Assembly: GCA_002728755.1 (NCBI GenBank)
Contig: PBVT01000100.1
Coordinates: 4,484-68,483 of the forward strand
DNA: 64,000 nucleotides
Source of the DNA: Myxococcales bacterium
Lineage (GTDB): Bacteria > Myxococcota_A > UBA9042 > UBA3505
Direction: 5' to 3'
The position numbers and the translations under genes are program-made. This document shows, one piece after another, positions 27,517 to 37,339 of this stretch. Below the pieces are notes generated by a model. That model had not been told where the DNA came from. It was given only the letters and a program-made list of their open reading frames with translations, and searched no databases. The first letter of the stretch is position 1; the number at the start of each line of letters is the position of its first letter.

Positions 27517-28323
27517 TTAACGAGCCTGGGCAGCCTGTACGCTTCCGATAGGAACCACAGATTCCCATTTCAAAACGGCTGAGACCAGGCCCTCTGCTAT
27601 CAATTCTCGATAGGCAGGATCCTGTAATTTTTCCGCTTCTTCCACATTGGAAAGATAACCGACTTCGGCCACCACGGCTGGCATCATGGCTTCTTTAAGG
27701 ACCGCAAAAGACGCCTGCCGTAAACCCTGGTTACGCGCGCCGGTCGATGCGACGAGCTCTTCCAGAACCAGACGGCCAAAAGGAACCGAAATACGCTGCG
27801 AGGCTGCCAGTCGAAGTCCGTGCATAACGGAAGTAGGCATAATCGTTTGCGTAGATTCTACGAACCCGCCCTCTTCTCGTAATACGATTGCCTTCGCCTC
27901 TTCATCATGGCTAGCGGCCGCGAGAGAATATACTTCTATCCCGGCCCGACTCGGCGATGGATTCGAGTTCACATGGATAGAAACGAACAACTCAGCTCCT
28001 TTCTGATTGGCTTGCCTTGTTCGTTCTCGCAATCCAACAAATCGGTCCTCGGTCCGAGATAATATCGTCACATACCGCGTGTGTTTCTTGAGCAGTTTGG
28101 CCATACGTGTGGCGATATCCAGGCTGACATCCTTCTCCCGAAGACCATCCACGCCGACAGCGCCCGTATTCATACCACCATGTCCTGCATCGATATACAC
28201 GATCCGCATGGGTTGGTCGGACCGACCATTTGCAGGCTCGGTAGCAACGGAAAGGCTATGCCCTGATATTAGCAGGAACAAAAAGACCAGACGCATGGTT
28301 GCCCAATGACTCATAGCTAGCAT
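27517..28323 (-). CDS. N-acetylmuramoyl-L-alanine amidase (Amidase_3, AmiC-like)
   Basis: Signal peptide followed by DAGHGG…, SIHVNS and Zn ligands typical of Amidase_3. Confidence 0.85.
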   Translation of the reverse strand: MLAMSHWATMRLVFLFLLISGHSLSVATEPANGRSDQPMRIVYIDAGHGGMNTGAVGVDGLREKDVSLDIATRMAKLLKKHTRYVTILSRTEDRFVGLRERTRQANQKGAELFVSIHVNSNPSPSRAGIEVYSLAAASHDEEAKAIVLREEGGFVESTQTIMPTSVMHGLRLAASQRISVPFGRLVLEELVASTGARNQGLRQASFAVLKEAMMPAVVAEVGYLSNVEEAEKLQDPAYRELIAEGLVSAVLKWESVVPIGSVQAAQAR

Positions 28324-28436
28324 CGTAGACCAGCTCGAAACCCGGTCAAGATTTCCACTTCTTTGCGCTTGCTGGATTTATCATACCAACGCATAATGCC
28401 CGGCGAATACGAACCCAAACGCAGAAGGATGACTTC

Positions 28437-30326
28437 ATGAAGCGTCCATTATTCAACCTCCCCAGTCTTCTATTCCTCGCCTTCATGGTGACAGTACCGA
28501 CCATGAGCTCGGCTCGGGTCTCAAGGCAGACACGGAAAGAGGTCAACAAACGACTCCCAACCATGATCGATCTCGGTCGGCACAGCGGTGTACCGGCGGT
28601 ACGGGCTCGTGCCACGGAGCTGTGTATCCGATATCTACGTAAGCGTGCCGCGCAATGTATTAAGGACGGCGCAGCAGACCCCGCAACAGACGTTCGGATT
28701 GCGACTGCGCGCGCCCTGTATAAGGCCGGTAAAAGCAAACAGGCCAAAACGGTATTACGAGATCTCGTACGGAATCCACGTATCCGCTACCAGGGTGGCG
28801 TCGACAAATTATTTCGTCTGCCCAAAAAAGCCCAGAAGGTGGCGCGTGGGCATCTACTGAAATTGTTGAAAGATCCGAAGCTTCCGACACAGGCGGAGCG
28901 AATCCGAGAGATCGCACGCAGCGAAGACCCTTTTTCTCGATCCATCTTCGTGGCGGCAGCCCTTGGGAAAGCCGATCCACCGCGTTCCGACTTCAAAGCT
29001 CTGATCACATCGTTGAACCCCACAACAGACGAGAAGCTTCTGGGAACCTTCTTCAAACAAGGTGATGATGCCATGAAGTTCATGGTTCTTCATATCTACG
29101 ATAAAGTCTCCGCAAATACTGCGCTGCCAGATTTCCTCACCAAGTATCGTCCACGTCGAAATCGAGCATCTGCTCTTCGGAAGACCCTAGGCATTCTACT
29201 GGCCAAGCATCGTCATCCGGCTGCCCTCCCTCATCTTCTCGTCAGCCTGAAGAGTGCCAAAGAGAACGCAGAACAGGTCGAGCTGCTTATGGCAATGGCT
29301 TCCATCGCGAATTCGTCGGTGCATAAGCCGGTGATGAAATACACCAACAAAAACAAATCCCCGCCGGAAGTTCGCGTGGCCGCGTGGGCTATACTCATGC
29401 GTGCAGGCCATCCGCGCGGTCTCAAGCGTGTCGACCGCTGGCTTCGAAGTGATAAGCCCATCAAACGAACGATGGCAGCCGCTGCTCTGGGGCGCTCGAA
29501 AAAAGACGCCGCCATTCCAGAACTGTCTGGATTGCTGAACGATGGTGTCCCAGGCGTACGTAAATGGTCGGCCCAGGCGCTGGGTGAATTGGGTAAAGTC
29601 GATGCCATGGAGCCTCTCTTGCAAGCTCTGAATACCCAGTCTGATCAATCCGAACGACAGGTTATCGCGGATGCCCTCTTCCGAGTAGTTCCAACCAACC
29701 GACTGGAAGAAGTGTCTTTTGTTCTGATGGACACGAACCCAGACGTTCGAGCCACGGCCCTGGCCTCCTTCTCGGTCCAACGGGATGCTGCCCTTGTTCC
29801 GTTCCTTCAAAGTCTGCTTGGAAACACAGACGCCAACGTCCGCTCTCTCGCTTTGAAAGCGATCATGCTCACGGATCCCAAAGAGGGAATGCTGGCATTC
29901 AACCAGGCTATGTACTCCATGGATGGCTCCGTATTACCCACGTGGGTCGCAGAGCATGGCGAGAGCATCGCTCCCTATGTACGACAGGGGTTGACCTCTA
30001 CTCGACCGGCCTTTCTGGGATATGCCATCGACGCCTTGGCCGCATTACCGGCAAGTGCTCGTTTGGAGATTATCAAAGAAAGACTTGATAAAATGCGAAG
30101 CCACGAAGCTCGTGTACGGTTGATGGAGCTGCTGACTGAATCAAGTCGTACGCAGGCCATTCCCTTTCTGGAAAAGTACGTAACACACGCAGATCCAACG
30201 ACGCGGGCGACGGCAGCACGCCTTCTGGCTACAACGGGCCGCGGGATTGACCTCGTGATAACCGCCCTGAACGACAAGGACATTCTCGTTCAAATGACAG
30301 CCGCGGCAGCTCTCTTAAGTAACTGA
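28437..30326 (+). CDS. Secreted HEAT-repeat protein
   Basis: Signal peptide; at least 10 HEAT/PBS-lyase repeats (DPxxVRxxAxxAL pattern); 629 aa. Confidence 0.7.
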   Translation: MKRPLFNLPSLLFLAFMVTVPTMSSARVSRQTRKEVNKRLPTMIDLGRHSGVPAVRARATELCIRYLRKRAAQCIKDGAADPATDVRIATARALYKAGKSKQAKTVLRDLVRNPRIRYQGGVDKLFRLPKKAQKVARGHLLKLLKDPKLPTQAERIREIARSEDPFSRSIFVAAALGKADPPRSDFKALITSLNPTTDEKLLGTFFKQGDDAMKFMVLHIYDKVSANTALPDFLTKYRPRRNRASALRKTLGILLAKHRHPAALPHLLVSLKSAKENAEQVELLMAMASIANSSVHKPVMKYTNKNKSPPEVRVAAWAILMRAGHPRGLKRVDRWLRSDKPIKRTMAAAALGRSKKDAAIPELSGLLNDGVPGVRKWSAQALGELGKVDAMEPLLQALNTQSDQSERQVIADALFRVVPTNRLEEVSFVLMDTNPDVRATALASFSVQRDAALVPFLQSLLGNTDANVRSLALKAIMLTDPKEGMLAFNQAMYSMDGSVLPTWVAEHGESIAPYVRQGLTSTRPAFLGYAIDALAALPASARLEIIKERLDKMRSHEARVRLMELLTESSRTQAIPFLEKYVTHADPTTRATAARLLATTGRGIDLVITALNDKDILVQMTAAAALLSN

Positions 30327-30347
30327 TCTGAGGAGTATTCACCTCCA

Positions 30348-30989
30348 TTGACTCATTCGACTCGCCTACTGCTCCTACGACATGGTCCAACAGAATGGAA
30401 CCTGACTGGACGCTTCCAGGGGCAGACGGATGTGTCGTTGTCGGATGAAGGCAGAGACCTATGCAAGATCGTGGCACAGAACCTTGCAGATCTGCCCATT
30501 GATGCGGCATACGCGAGCAAGCTTTCCCGGTCGATTGAAACGGCAGAACGGGTCTTAGCCCACCACCAGCTGGAACCGATCCAGGAGCCTGGTTTGAGTG
30601 AACTCCATCTCGGCGCACTCGAAGGAAGCAATCGAGTCGAGGCGGAGGCCAAATACCCGGAAATCATGCACGCCTGGCGGAACAACCCCTCCCTTGTGCA
30701 GATGCCTGACGGGGAATCCATCGTTGCACTACAGGAACGGGTAACAGGCACTATCGAGCAGATCGTCGAACGACATCCCGGACAAACCGTATTGATCGTC
30801 AGTCATGTCTTTGCCAGCCTGGTCTACATCGCCCACGCCATTCGGTTACCTCTCGACGCATTCCCCCACCTCTGGCTGGACCCTCTCGGCCTCTCCCGGC
30901 TGGATTCGTTCCGGGGACGAGCACGGTTAAAGAGCCTGAATGAGCGGACTACAGTCCCCAATACACCTATAGAGTGGGCGGTGGACTGA
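30348..30989 (+). CDS. Histidine phosphatase family protein (phosphoglycerate-mutase-like)
   Basis: RHG catalytic motif LLLLRHGPTEWN; 213 aa. Confidence 0.8.
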   Translation: MTHSTRLLLLRHGPTEWNLTGRFQGQTDVSLSDEGRDLCKIVAQNLADLPIDAAYASKLSRSIETAERVLAHHQLEPIQEPGLSELHLGALEGSNRVEAEAKYPEIMHAWRNNPSLVQMPDGESIVALQERVTGTIEQIVERHPGQTVLIVSHVFASLVYIAHAIRLPLDAFPHLWLDPLGLSRLDSFRGRARLKSLNERTTVPNTPIEWAVD

Positions 30990-31470
30990 GCTCGCGAAGA
31001 CGCGCGACGGTTTTCCCTGGAATATTATGAAAACCGACAAGGCAATCGATATGGCGTTTTTGAACTCGAGCCACTTCACGATAGAAAAAGCACAACAACT
31101 TGGATGACAACGGCGATTGTGCTCGCTCCATGGAATGCAAATCATCACGAGAGATCGTGAGACATAGAGCCGCTTCCTTTGCGACGTAATCAAAAACGAG
31201 GTTAGGAGTATGACTTGTCGCCAGGGGCCCGACCAGGGACACAGGTTCAAGGGAGAAGTGTTCCACTCGACGATCGTGAGCGACCTCCTGGAACACACTG
31301 ATGACCCCCTCCACCAGAAGAAAGATCTCGGGAGAGAGCTTATCTGCGGTCATAATCATCTCACCCGTATTGAATTGCCGGGTATTGCACACCGCCGCGA
31401 ATAGATTCACTTCGCGATCATTGAGTCCAGCCTCGGCGGCAATTTGTTCTAAATACGAAGTGTTATTCAT
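30967..31470 (-). CDS. Cyclic-nucleotide-binding (CAP-family effector) domain protein
   Basis: cNMP-binding beta-roll pattern FNTGEMIMTADKLSPEIFLLVEGVISV; stand-alone domain. Confidence 0.55.
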   Translation of the reverse strand: MNNTSYLEQIAAEAGLNDREVNLFAAVCNTRQFNTGEMIMTADKLSPEIFLLVEGVISVFQEVAHDRRVEHFSLEPVSLVGPLATSHTPNLVFDYVAKEAALCLTISRDDLHSMERAQSPLSSKLLCFFYREVARVQKRHIDCLVGFHNIPGKTVARLRELSPPPTL

Positions 31471-31471
31471 G

Positions 31472-32020
31472 TCAGATCTTCGCCGTCTGAATATGTTTCA
31501 TGGTGAGCGCTTCAAAATGCGGCAACGCATTTTCCGGCTTAGAAAAGATCCCGTGAATACGTTCCGCAATACTCCCTGTGTTCTGCTCAAGCTCCACGGC
31601 CAGGACACGTGAGAGACGGGATACGGCACCATGGCCCGCTTTTCGAAGTTCTTCGAAACCGCTCATCTCCACACGAAAGATAAGCCCATCATTCATCATG
31701 ACTGCACGGTATGAATAGGGCGTTCCCGTCAAGAACTCTTCGCCGCCGACCACATGGCCAGCATCCACCTTACTTACCGTCAGCACATCATTGCTTGGGA
31801 GAGTATGCACCACCTTGGCGCGTCCCGAGATCAAGAATAAAAGCCCCAGCGGATGGTCACCCGCGTTAAAGAGAATGCTCCCCTCACGGGCATGATAGAG
31901 TCGGCTGACTCCTACAATCTCTGTGATTGCATCAGCATGGAGCCCTTCCAATAGAGGAACGGCTCGGACCAGCTTGCTATGATCTATTTCTGCGGCGTCC
32001 GTCATTCGACACATCACCAT
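31472..32020 (-). CDS. Cyclic-nucleotide-binding domain protein
   Basis: GSILFNAGDHPLGLLFLISGRAKVV matches a cNMP-binding fold. Separated from the downstream paralogue by 1 nt. Confidence 0.6.
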   Translation of the reverse strand: MVMCRMTDAAEIDHSKLVRAVPLLEGLHADAITEIVGVSRLYHAREGSILFNAGDHPLGLLFLISGRAKVVHTLPSNDVLTVSKVDAGHVVGGEEFLTGTPYSYRAVMMNDGLIFRVEMSGFEELRKAGHGAVSRLSRVLAVELEQNTGSIAERIHGIFSKPENALPHFEALTMKHIQTAKI

Positions 32021-32099
32021 CGGTATACATCCCGATGTTACGCCATCTCGCTAAGGCTGTCATGCTCGACGCGGCACTGGTCAAAGATCTGTTCCCAGA

Positions 32100-33560
32100 T
32101 TAGACGTCTGGCCAGGCCCCGGCCAGATCCGTAAGCAGGGGGCAGGAAATGTCCTGAAGGGAATCCATTCGATTCTTCAGGTCAGCAGCGAGCTCCTTGG
32201 CCTCGGCGGACACAGCGGAAGGGGCCGGGCCACCGCGGGTGGTCCGACGACGAAGCGATGCGTCGATATCAAGCCACCCCTCTACATCTTCTTCGAAGGC
32301 GGAATGAAGACTAGACAAATCCGATAGCTCTAGCTCCACCAGCCCACAATTCTTTTTTTCTGCTTGCGCCACCGCCGCACCGACCACCTCATGGGCCTGT
32401 CGAAACGGGACGCCTTTGGATACGAGATAATCCGCAAGATCCGTAGCGAGAAGATGGGGATCACTCATCACGGTCTCGCGACACCGCTCCTCAACAACCT
32501 CCATCCCCGCCACACATAAGGTCGCCAGAGCCAAGCAATCACGAAGAACATCAAAGGAATCAAAGAGAGCCTCTTTGTCCTCCTGTAGATCTTTATTATA
32601 GGCCATCGGAAGTGCCTTCAGCATGACCTGCATCTGCACCGCGTTTCCAATTAAGCGGGCCGACTTTCCTCGAACCAACTCAAGAGCGTCGGGGTTCTTC
32701 TTCTGTGGCATTAAACTCGAACCGGTACAACAGGCGTCCGGGAGATTAATATATCCGTGGGTCGGCGCAGCCCAGCTAATCAGGTCCTCGGCCAGGCGCG
32801 ATAAATGAACGCCAACCAGCGCCGACACCTGTTGGAATTCCACCAGGAGATCACGGTCCGCCACCGAGTCCATGCTATTCCTTGTGGGTCCACCCGCAAA
32901 TCCCAGCGTTTCCGCTACATACTCCCTATCCAATGGTAGGGGGGAGCCGGCCAGTGAACCACTCCCCAGAGGACAGAACCGGTTGCGCCTCTGCAGATCA
33001 CCGAAACGTTCCTCATCTCGAACCAGTGGAAACGTATGGGCCAAGAGGTGATGTCCAACGGTGACCGGCTGCGCTGCTTGTAGATGTGTCAATCCTACGA
33101 GTGGGACCGTAGCATTGGCTTCAGCCTGCGAGACGAGCGCATTCGTAAGCTTCAAGATACCAGTTCGTATCTCCGAAACGGCATCGCGTAGCCAGAGGAG
33201 CTCGTCGAGAGCTACCTGATCGTTGCGACTCCGACCGGCATGGAGCCGACCCGCCAGATCCGCACCGACCACATCACGTAATTCATGTTCCACGTGGGTG
33301 TGAATGTCCTCAAGTGTATCCGTGTATTCGACTTCACCGGCCACAAACCGGTTTAGAACACCGATCAGGCCATCCTCCATCTGTTCCGCCTGTTCCGACG
33401 ATAAGAGACCGATACGTCCAAGCATGCGGGCATGGGCAATGGACCCAAGAATATCCTGTGCCAGCAGGCGGCAGTCGAAACCGATGGATGCATTCACTCG
33501 TAAGAGAAGGCTATCGGGTGGCTCACTGAAACGTCCTCCCCACATTCTATCGTCAGACAT
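32100..33560 (-). CDS. argH: Argininosuccinate lyase
   Basis: MWGGRFSE… and fumarate-lyase signature GSSLMPQKKNPD. Start ATG at 33560-33558 overlaps the upstream OMP stop codon by 1 nt. Confidence 0.9.
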   Translation of the reverse strand: MSDDRMWGGRFSEPPDSLLLRVNASIGFDCRLLAQDILGSIAHARMLGRIGLLSSEQAEQMEDGLIGVLNRFVAGEVEYTDTLEDIHTHVEHELRDVVGADLAGRLHAGRSRNDQVALDELLWLRDAVSEIRTGILKLTNALVSQAEANATVPLVGLTHLQAAQPVTVGHHLLAHTFPLVRDEERFGDLQRRNRFCPLGSGSLAGSPLPLDREYVAETLGFAGGPTRNSMDSVADRDLLVEFQQVSALVGVHLSRLAEDLISWAAPTHGYINLPDACCTGSSLMPQKKNPDALELVRGKSARLIGNAVQMQVMLKALPMAYNKDLQEDKEALFDSFDVLRDCLALATLCVAGMEVVEERCRETVMSDPHLLATDLADYLVSKGVPFRQAHEVVGAAVAQAEKKNCGLVELELSDLSSLHSAFEEDVEGWLDIDASLRRRTTRGGPAPSAVSAEAKELAADLKNRMDSLQDISCPLLTDLAGAWPDV

Positions 33561-35311
33561 CAGAACACCCATCCCAGAAAGCCCTGGAGCCGCATAGCCC
33601 AGTCCGCTTCCTTGTCCGAAGAACCACTGGAGTTTTCGGACAACAGATTAAACGCCGCTCCTGGAAATAGAAATCCCATGGAGACTCCCCAACGATATCG
33701 ACCAACCTCTTCAAACAACGCCTGTACATCGACTTCAAACCCAAGAAACTCGGACTGACCTGGCGTTCCCTGGGGCTCCATTGCGAAAGCACCCTCCAAC
33801 CCCAACCGGATGCCACGCGTCCGCGTAACGTCCGGTTCAAAGTCATATTGCAGCCAGGGTTTCAGGTACCAGGCGTTCGAGATACCCCCGATAACTTCAT
33901 AAAAGAGAATCTGATCCACTCGAAAGTCTCGATCGAAATGAAAGGTAGACAGGGTCGAATCGGGGGACTCGTTCGTAGCACCTTGATGAACCGAGCTATA
34001 GCCAAAGGACTGGTCCGGATCGCCCGTGGCCAGGCCGGCATCGACCCCTATGGTAAGGCTTCGATTCATCAGGCTATAGGACGAGGTCATCGCCAACCCC
34101 AGCTGACGAAGGTCCTGCGTCGCATCCGCTCCGGAGTCGGACGAGACGCTACCAAACACATAGGCGGCCTCAAATTCCATCGTAAACAGATTGTTCCCCA
34201 CAGGACTCCAATCCAGTCGAGCCCAGAGATCTGGCATATGGACCTCGCCCACCTGATTAGTCGTACCATCAAGGTCCCAGGAGCGATAACTGTACATAAG
34301 GCCCCAATCCAAACGTGGAGACCGTTCGCCTAAGAGCACTCGAGGCGCAGACCAATCGTGCTGTCGATTGGAAAGGCTCAGGGTGATCTGATGGCCATTC
34401 TTATACTCGGACTCGCCGACTCCCTGCCCCAACAACTCGGCGGCCTGCGCACGGGCCGTTGATGTTTCAAACCAGTCCACATCATCCATCAACCAGTCAT
34501 AGTTGTAGCCCAGGGCAAGATGATAGCCGAGACCGGGTAACTGAGCTTCCAGAACCAGCCGGTCCTCCACATCACCAAAGTCATTATTAAAGGCATTGCC
34601 GGAGTTGTAGACCAGCCCCATACCCCAATGGTGCGACTGGCGTCCGAACCGTAGGGATCCGAACCCGTTCTTGAGAGTCAGAAAAAGTTCGCGGGTCCGA
34701 ATCGAATCGCGCCAGCCGTTCACTCCGGACACAGGAGTTTCCTGGCCACCAGAGAGTGCCTCTATCGGTTGCTGTGGATCTCCAGCGACGGGAGTGCTCC
34801 CCATTACAAAGTTGTCGAAGAGATCAAAGCCCGCGACGACTTTCAGATGGTCACCGACATATAGAGCGGGGCGATACCGGAACCGGAAATTCACCCCCGC
34901 ACGTGCGTCGTTATCGGTTGGCCCAACCTGGTCAGAGAATGGGTTTCCACCGCTAGTACTATTGATCACATTCTCGGTTGTAGGCGGAAGAATCGCGCTC
35001 GTACCCACCGTTTGCCCAGCCACGATGTCGGACGTTCCAAGATGGAGGCGATACATCAAGTCGGGCCGTACTCGAAACATCCCATGATGTTCAAATCGGA
35101 AATAGGATGGACGCAGCTCAGCTGGAGCCATAGGAGTGGTGTCCGGAGTGATTTGCTCCGTAGAATCGGTCGGTGTCGCCGACGCCTCCGTCACCTCTTT
35201 TGTGTCAACTACCGGTGCGGATGGCGGCTGGGCGGACGCTCCCCCCACGCTCATTACAAAAACGAGCGAGACGAAAACCACCACGATGCGGGTGCAGGCG
35301 GACATAGGCAC
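33560..35311 (-). CDS. Large outer-membrane beta-barrel protein, function unknown
   Basis: Signal peptide with Ala-x-Ala cleavage site; Ser/Thr/Pro-rich linker; Gly/Tyr/Trp-rich strand pattern; C-terminal …LGWVF. Confidence 0.5.
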   Translation of the reverse strand: MPMSACTRIVVVFVSLVFVMSVGGASAQPPSAPVVDTKEVTEASATPTDSTEQITPDTTPMAPAELRPSYFRFEHHGMFRVRPDLMYRLHLGTSDIVAGQTVGTSAILPPTTENVINSTSGGNPFSDQVGPTDNDARAGVNFRFRYRPALYVGDHLKVVAGFDLFDNFVMGSTPVAGDPQQPIEALSGGQETPVSGVNGWRDSIRTRELFLTLKNGFGSLRFGRQSHHWGMGLVYNSGNAFNNDFGDVEDRLVLEAQLPGLGYHLALGYNYDWLMDDVDWFETSTARAQAAELLGQGVGESEYKNGHQITLSLSNRQHDWSAPRVLLGERSPRLDWGLMYSYRSWDLDGTTNQVGEVHMPDLWARLDWSPVGNNLFTMEFEAAYVFGSVSSDSGADATQDLRQLGLAMTSSYSLMNRSLTIGVDAGLATGDPDQSFGYSSVHQGATNESPDSTLSTFHFDRDFRVDQILFYEVIGGISNAWYLKPWLQYDFEPDVTRTRGIRLGLEGAFAMEPQGTPGQSEFLGFEVDVQALFEEVGRYRWGVSMGFLFPGAAFNLLSENSSGSSDKEADWAMRLQGFLGWVF

Positions 35312-35365
35312 TCCAGACCAAAACGTTCCGCCAATAAATCCACCCTACTCCAACCTGTCAACTGA

Positions 35366-37255
35366 TCATGCGATGTTGCGTAACGCGGATCTTCGGTTCA
35401 CGGGGTCCACGGGGATCCCCACTGCACCGAGAGCATCGTACATTTCCAGCTTGGAAAAGGGCTTCTGAAGGAAGTGTACCGCCCCGTATTCATTATTGAA
35501 TTCCTGCAAGTCGGGATAGTCGGAACTATCACCTGTAACCAGGACTGGAAGACGCGGGAAACGAGCCCGGATTTCCGCAAGAAATGAGCTCGACGCCCCG
35601 TTGGTAATGGACGGATCAATGACGACGAGATCAAGTCGAACAAAGGAGTTGAGCTGTTCGAGAACAGGTCCGGTCGTACTCGACACCTGGGCTAAATACC
35701 CGAGGCGAGTAAGGTGAGACAACAATGTCCCCGCTACAATATGGTTCTCTTCTATGACCCATACCAAAGGACGCCGGAAACGAGTCGTCATTCTACCGGT
35801 CGTGCCGCTGGTCTCGGTTCGGGACTCCCCAATGGCAGGAAGGTGAATCTGTAGGCCACCTCCAGGATAGGACATGGTTCCTTCGGCCTGACTGATATGA
35901 CCGCCGGCCTCTTCGACCAGGGCCTCGATCATCTCCAACCGATAGGCTGCAGCCCTTGCGTTTCGATTCGAATCCGTTGAGCTCGTGCGATCCTGCGTAC
36001 CCCACAGACCAGTCGTTGAGCCCGAGTCACGTGTCGTAATCTGTACTCCGGGAATGCCATCTGGTGTTACAGATGCAGAGAACTGAATGAGGATACCGCC
36101 CCGGGAACCGACGGATGCAAGTCCACGCATCGTAAGATGAAGAACGATTCGGTCCAATGACGACTGGGATATCTTCAAATAGGGAAGGTCCGACGGAACC
36201 ATAAAACGTAGCCCTACCTCTCTGGGTAGAATCCGCTGCAACACTTCAACCTGACGTCTGCGGGTTGTGTCAGCGTCAGCTATGACCTGACCATGCCGTG
36301 TATCGTTGCCTTGAAAACCCATCACGTAACGACCGATCTGACCCACTCGACGGCATCCATCCACGACGGTATTCAGATCGTCGAACGCAGGTGTTCCCGG
36401 GTCCGTCTCACATAGTAGTTTCTGCACCGTCATCTGGGCGACGGTCATGCTGTCTACCAACTCATGGGCTATGCCATTTGCAAGAATCCCAAAACGGTCA
36501 CTGGTCTCTGCGGTTGAGGCGATGGACTCCAGGCGAGACTTTCGGGTTACATCGGCAATAACAACAACCTGCGCAATCCCACGTAAGAAAGCCAACCGTT
36601 GCGTAAATGCACGTACCTTAAGGGTTCTAGGTCCAACAGGAGTCTCCAATTCGACGATCTCGACGCGCCCCACTCCAGACGCCAGGAGATCTTCTAATGG
36701 GGGGATTGCCTCCATAAGGCAGCGTAGGTTTATTTGTGCAGACTCGTTCGGAAAAATGCGCTCGACCAGGCGCTTGAAATTGACGTTCTCGTATCGAATA
36801 CGACCTTTGAGATCGAATCGCACAATCGCCACATCCATGGCGTTACATAATTCTTGTTCGTACCCTTCAAATGCACGGATACCCAGACCATATTGGCCCG
36901 CCATTGTCTGTTGGGTCGATTTCACACCGACCATAAACCGTCGCCCAAGAGTCAGGATCACAAGAATACCACTCAATACAACGCCACTACCGGATACCAG
37001 CAGAAGAAAGCCACGGGTTGAACCGAACGCTGGCACCTGCTCTGAGCCAAATAAAAGACCTAGATAGAGGACAAGAACCGCCCAATGCAGAATTAATGTC
37101 CGAAACAGAGTGGAGCCATCCGCGTCTCGTAAGAGCCGGGCGGACGGCGTCAGAGGTGCGGTCAGATGTGTGGATATATTCATAATACCGCCAACAACCA
37201 GATGCGAGAGAGAACCCAAAACCAACGACAAGAAGGTATTCGGATCCAGGCGCAA
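35366..37255 (-). CDS. Hybrid sensor histidine kinase/response regulator (membrane sensor-HisKA-HATPase-REC)
   Basis: N-terminal TM helices, H-box IAHELVDSM, HATPase region and a C-terminal REC domain (LVVIDPS…). Confidence 0.8.
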   Translation of the reverse strand: MRLDPNTFLSLVLGSLSHLVVGGIMNISTHLTAPLTPSARLLRDADGSTLFRTLILHWAVLVLYLGLLFGSEQVPAFGSTRGFLLLVSGSGVVLSGILVILTLGRRFMVGVKSTQQTMAGQYGLGIRAFEGYEQELCNAMDVAIVRFDLKGRIRYENVNFKRLVERIFPNESAQINLRCLMEAIPPLEDLLASGVGRVEIVELETPVGPRTLKVRAFTQRLAFLRGIAQVVVIADVTRKSRLESIASTAETSDRFGILANGIAHELVDSMTVAQMTVQKLLCETDPGTPAFDDLNTVVDGCRRVGQIGRYVMGFQGNDTRHGQVIADADTTRRRQVEVLQRILPREVGLRFMVPSDLPYLKISQSSLDRIVLHLTMRGLASVGSRGGILIQFSASVTPDGIPGVQITTRDSGSTTGLWGTQDRTSSTDSNRNARAAAYRLEMIEALVEEAGGHISQAEGTMSYPGGGLQIHLPAIGESRTETSGTTGRMTTRFRRPLVWVIEENHIVAGTLLSHLTRLGYLAQVSSTTGPVLEQLNSFVRLDLVVIDPSITNGASSSFLAEIRARFPRLPVLVTGDSSDYPDLQEFNNEYGAVHFLQKPFSKLEMYDALGAVGIPVDPVNRRSALRNIA

Positions 37256-37339
37256 GAAACTTGAATGCTGAACAGGAACGCGCCCTAAATGCTGTGCTCG
37301 TCGTTCGTTCCATTGACAGAGCCCCCATCGACACCATAG

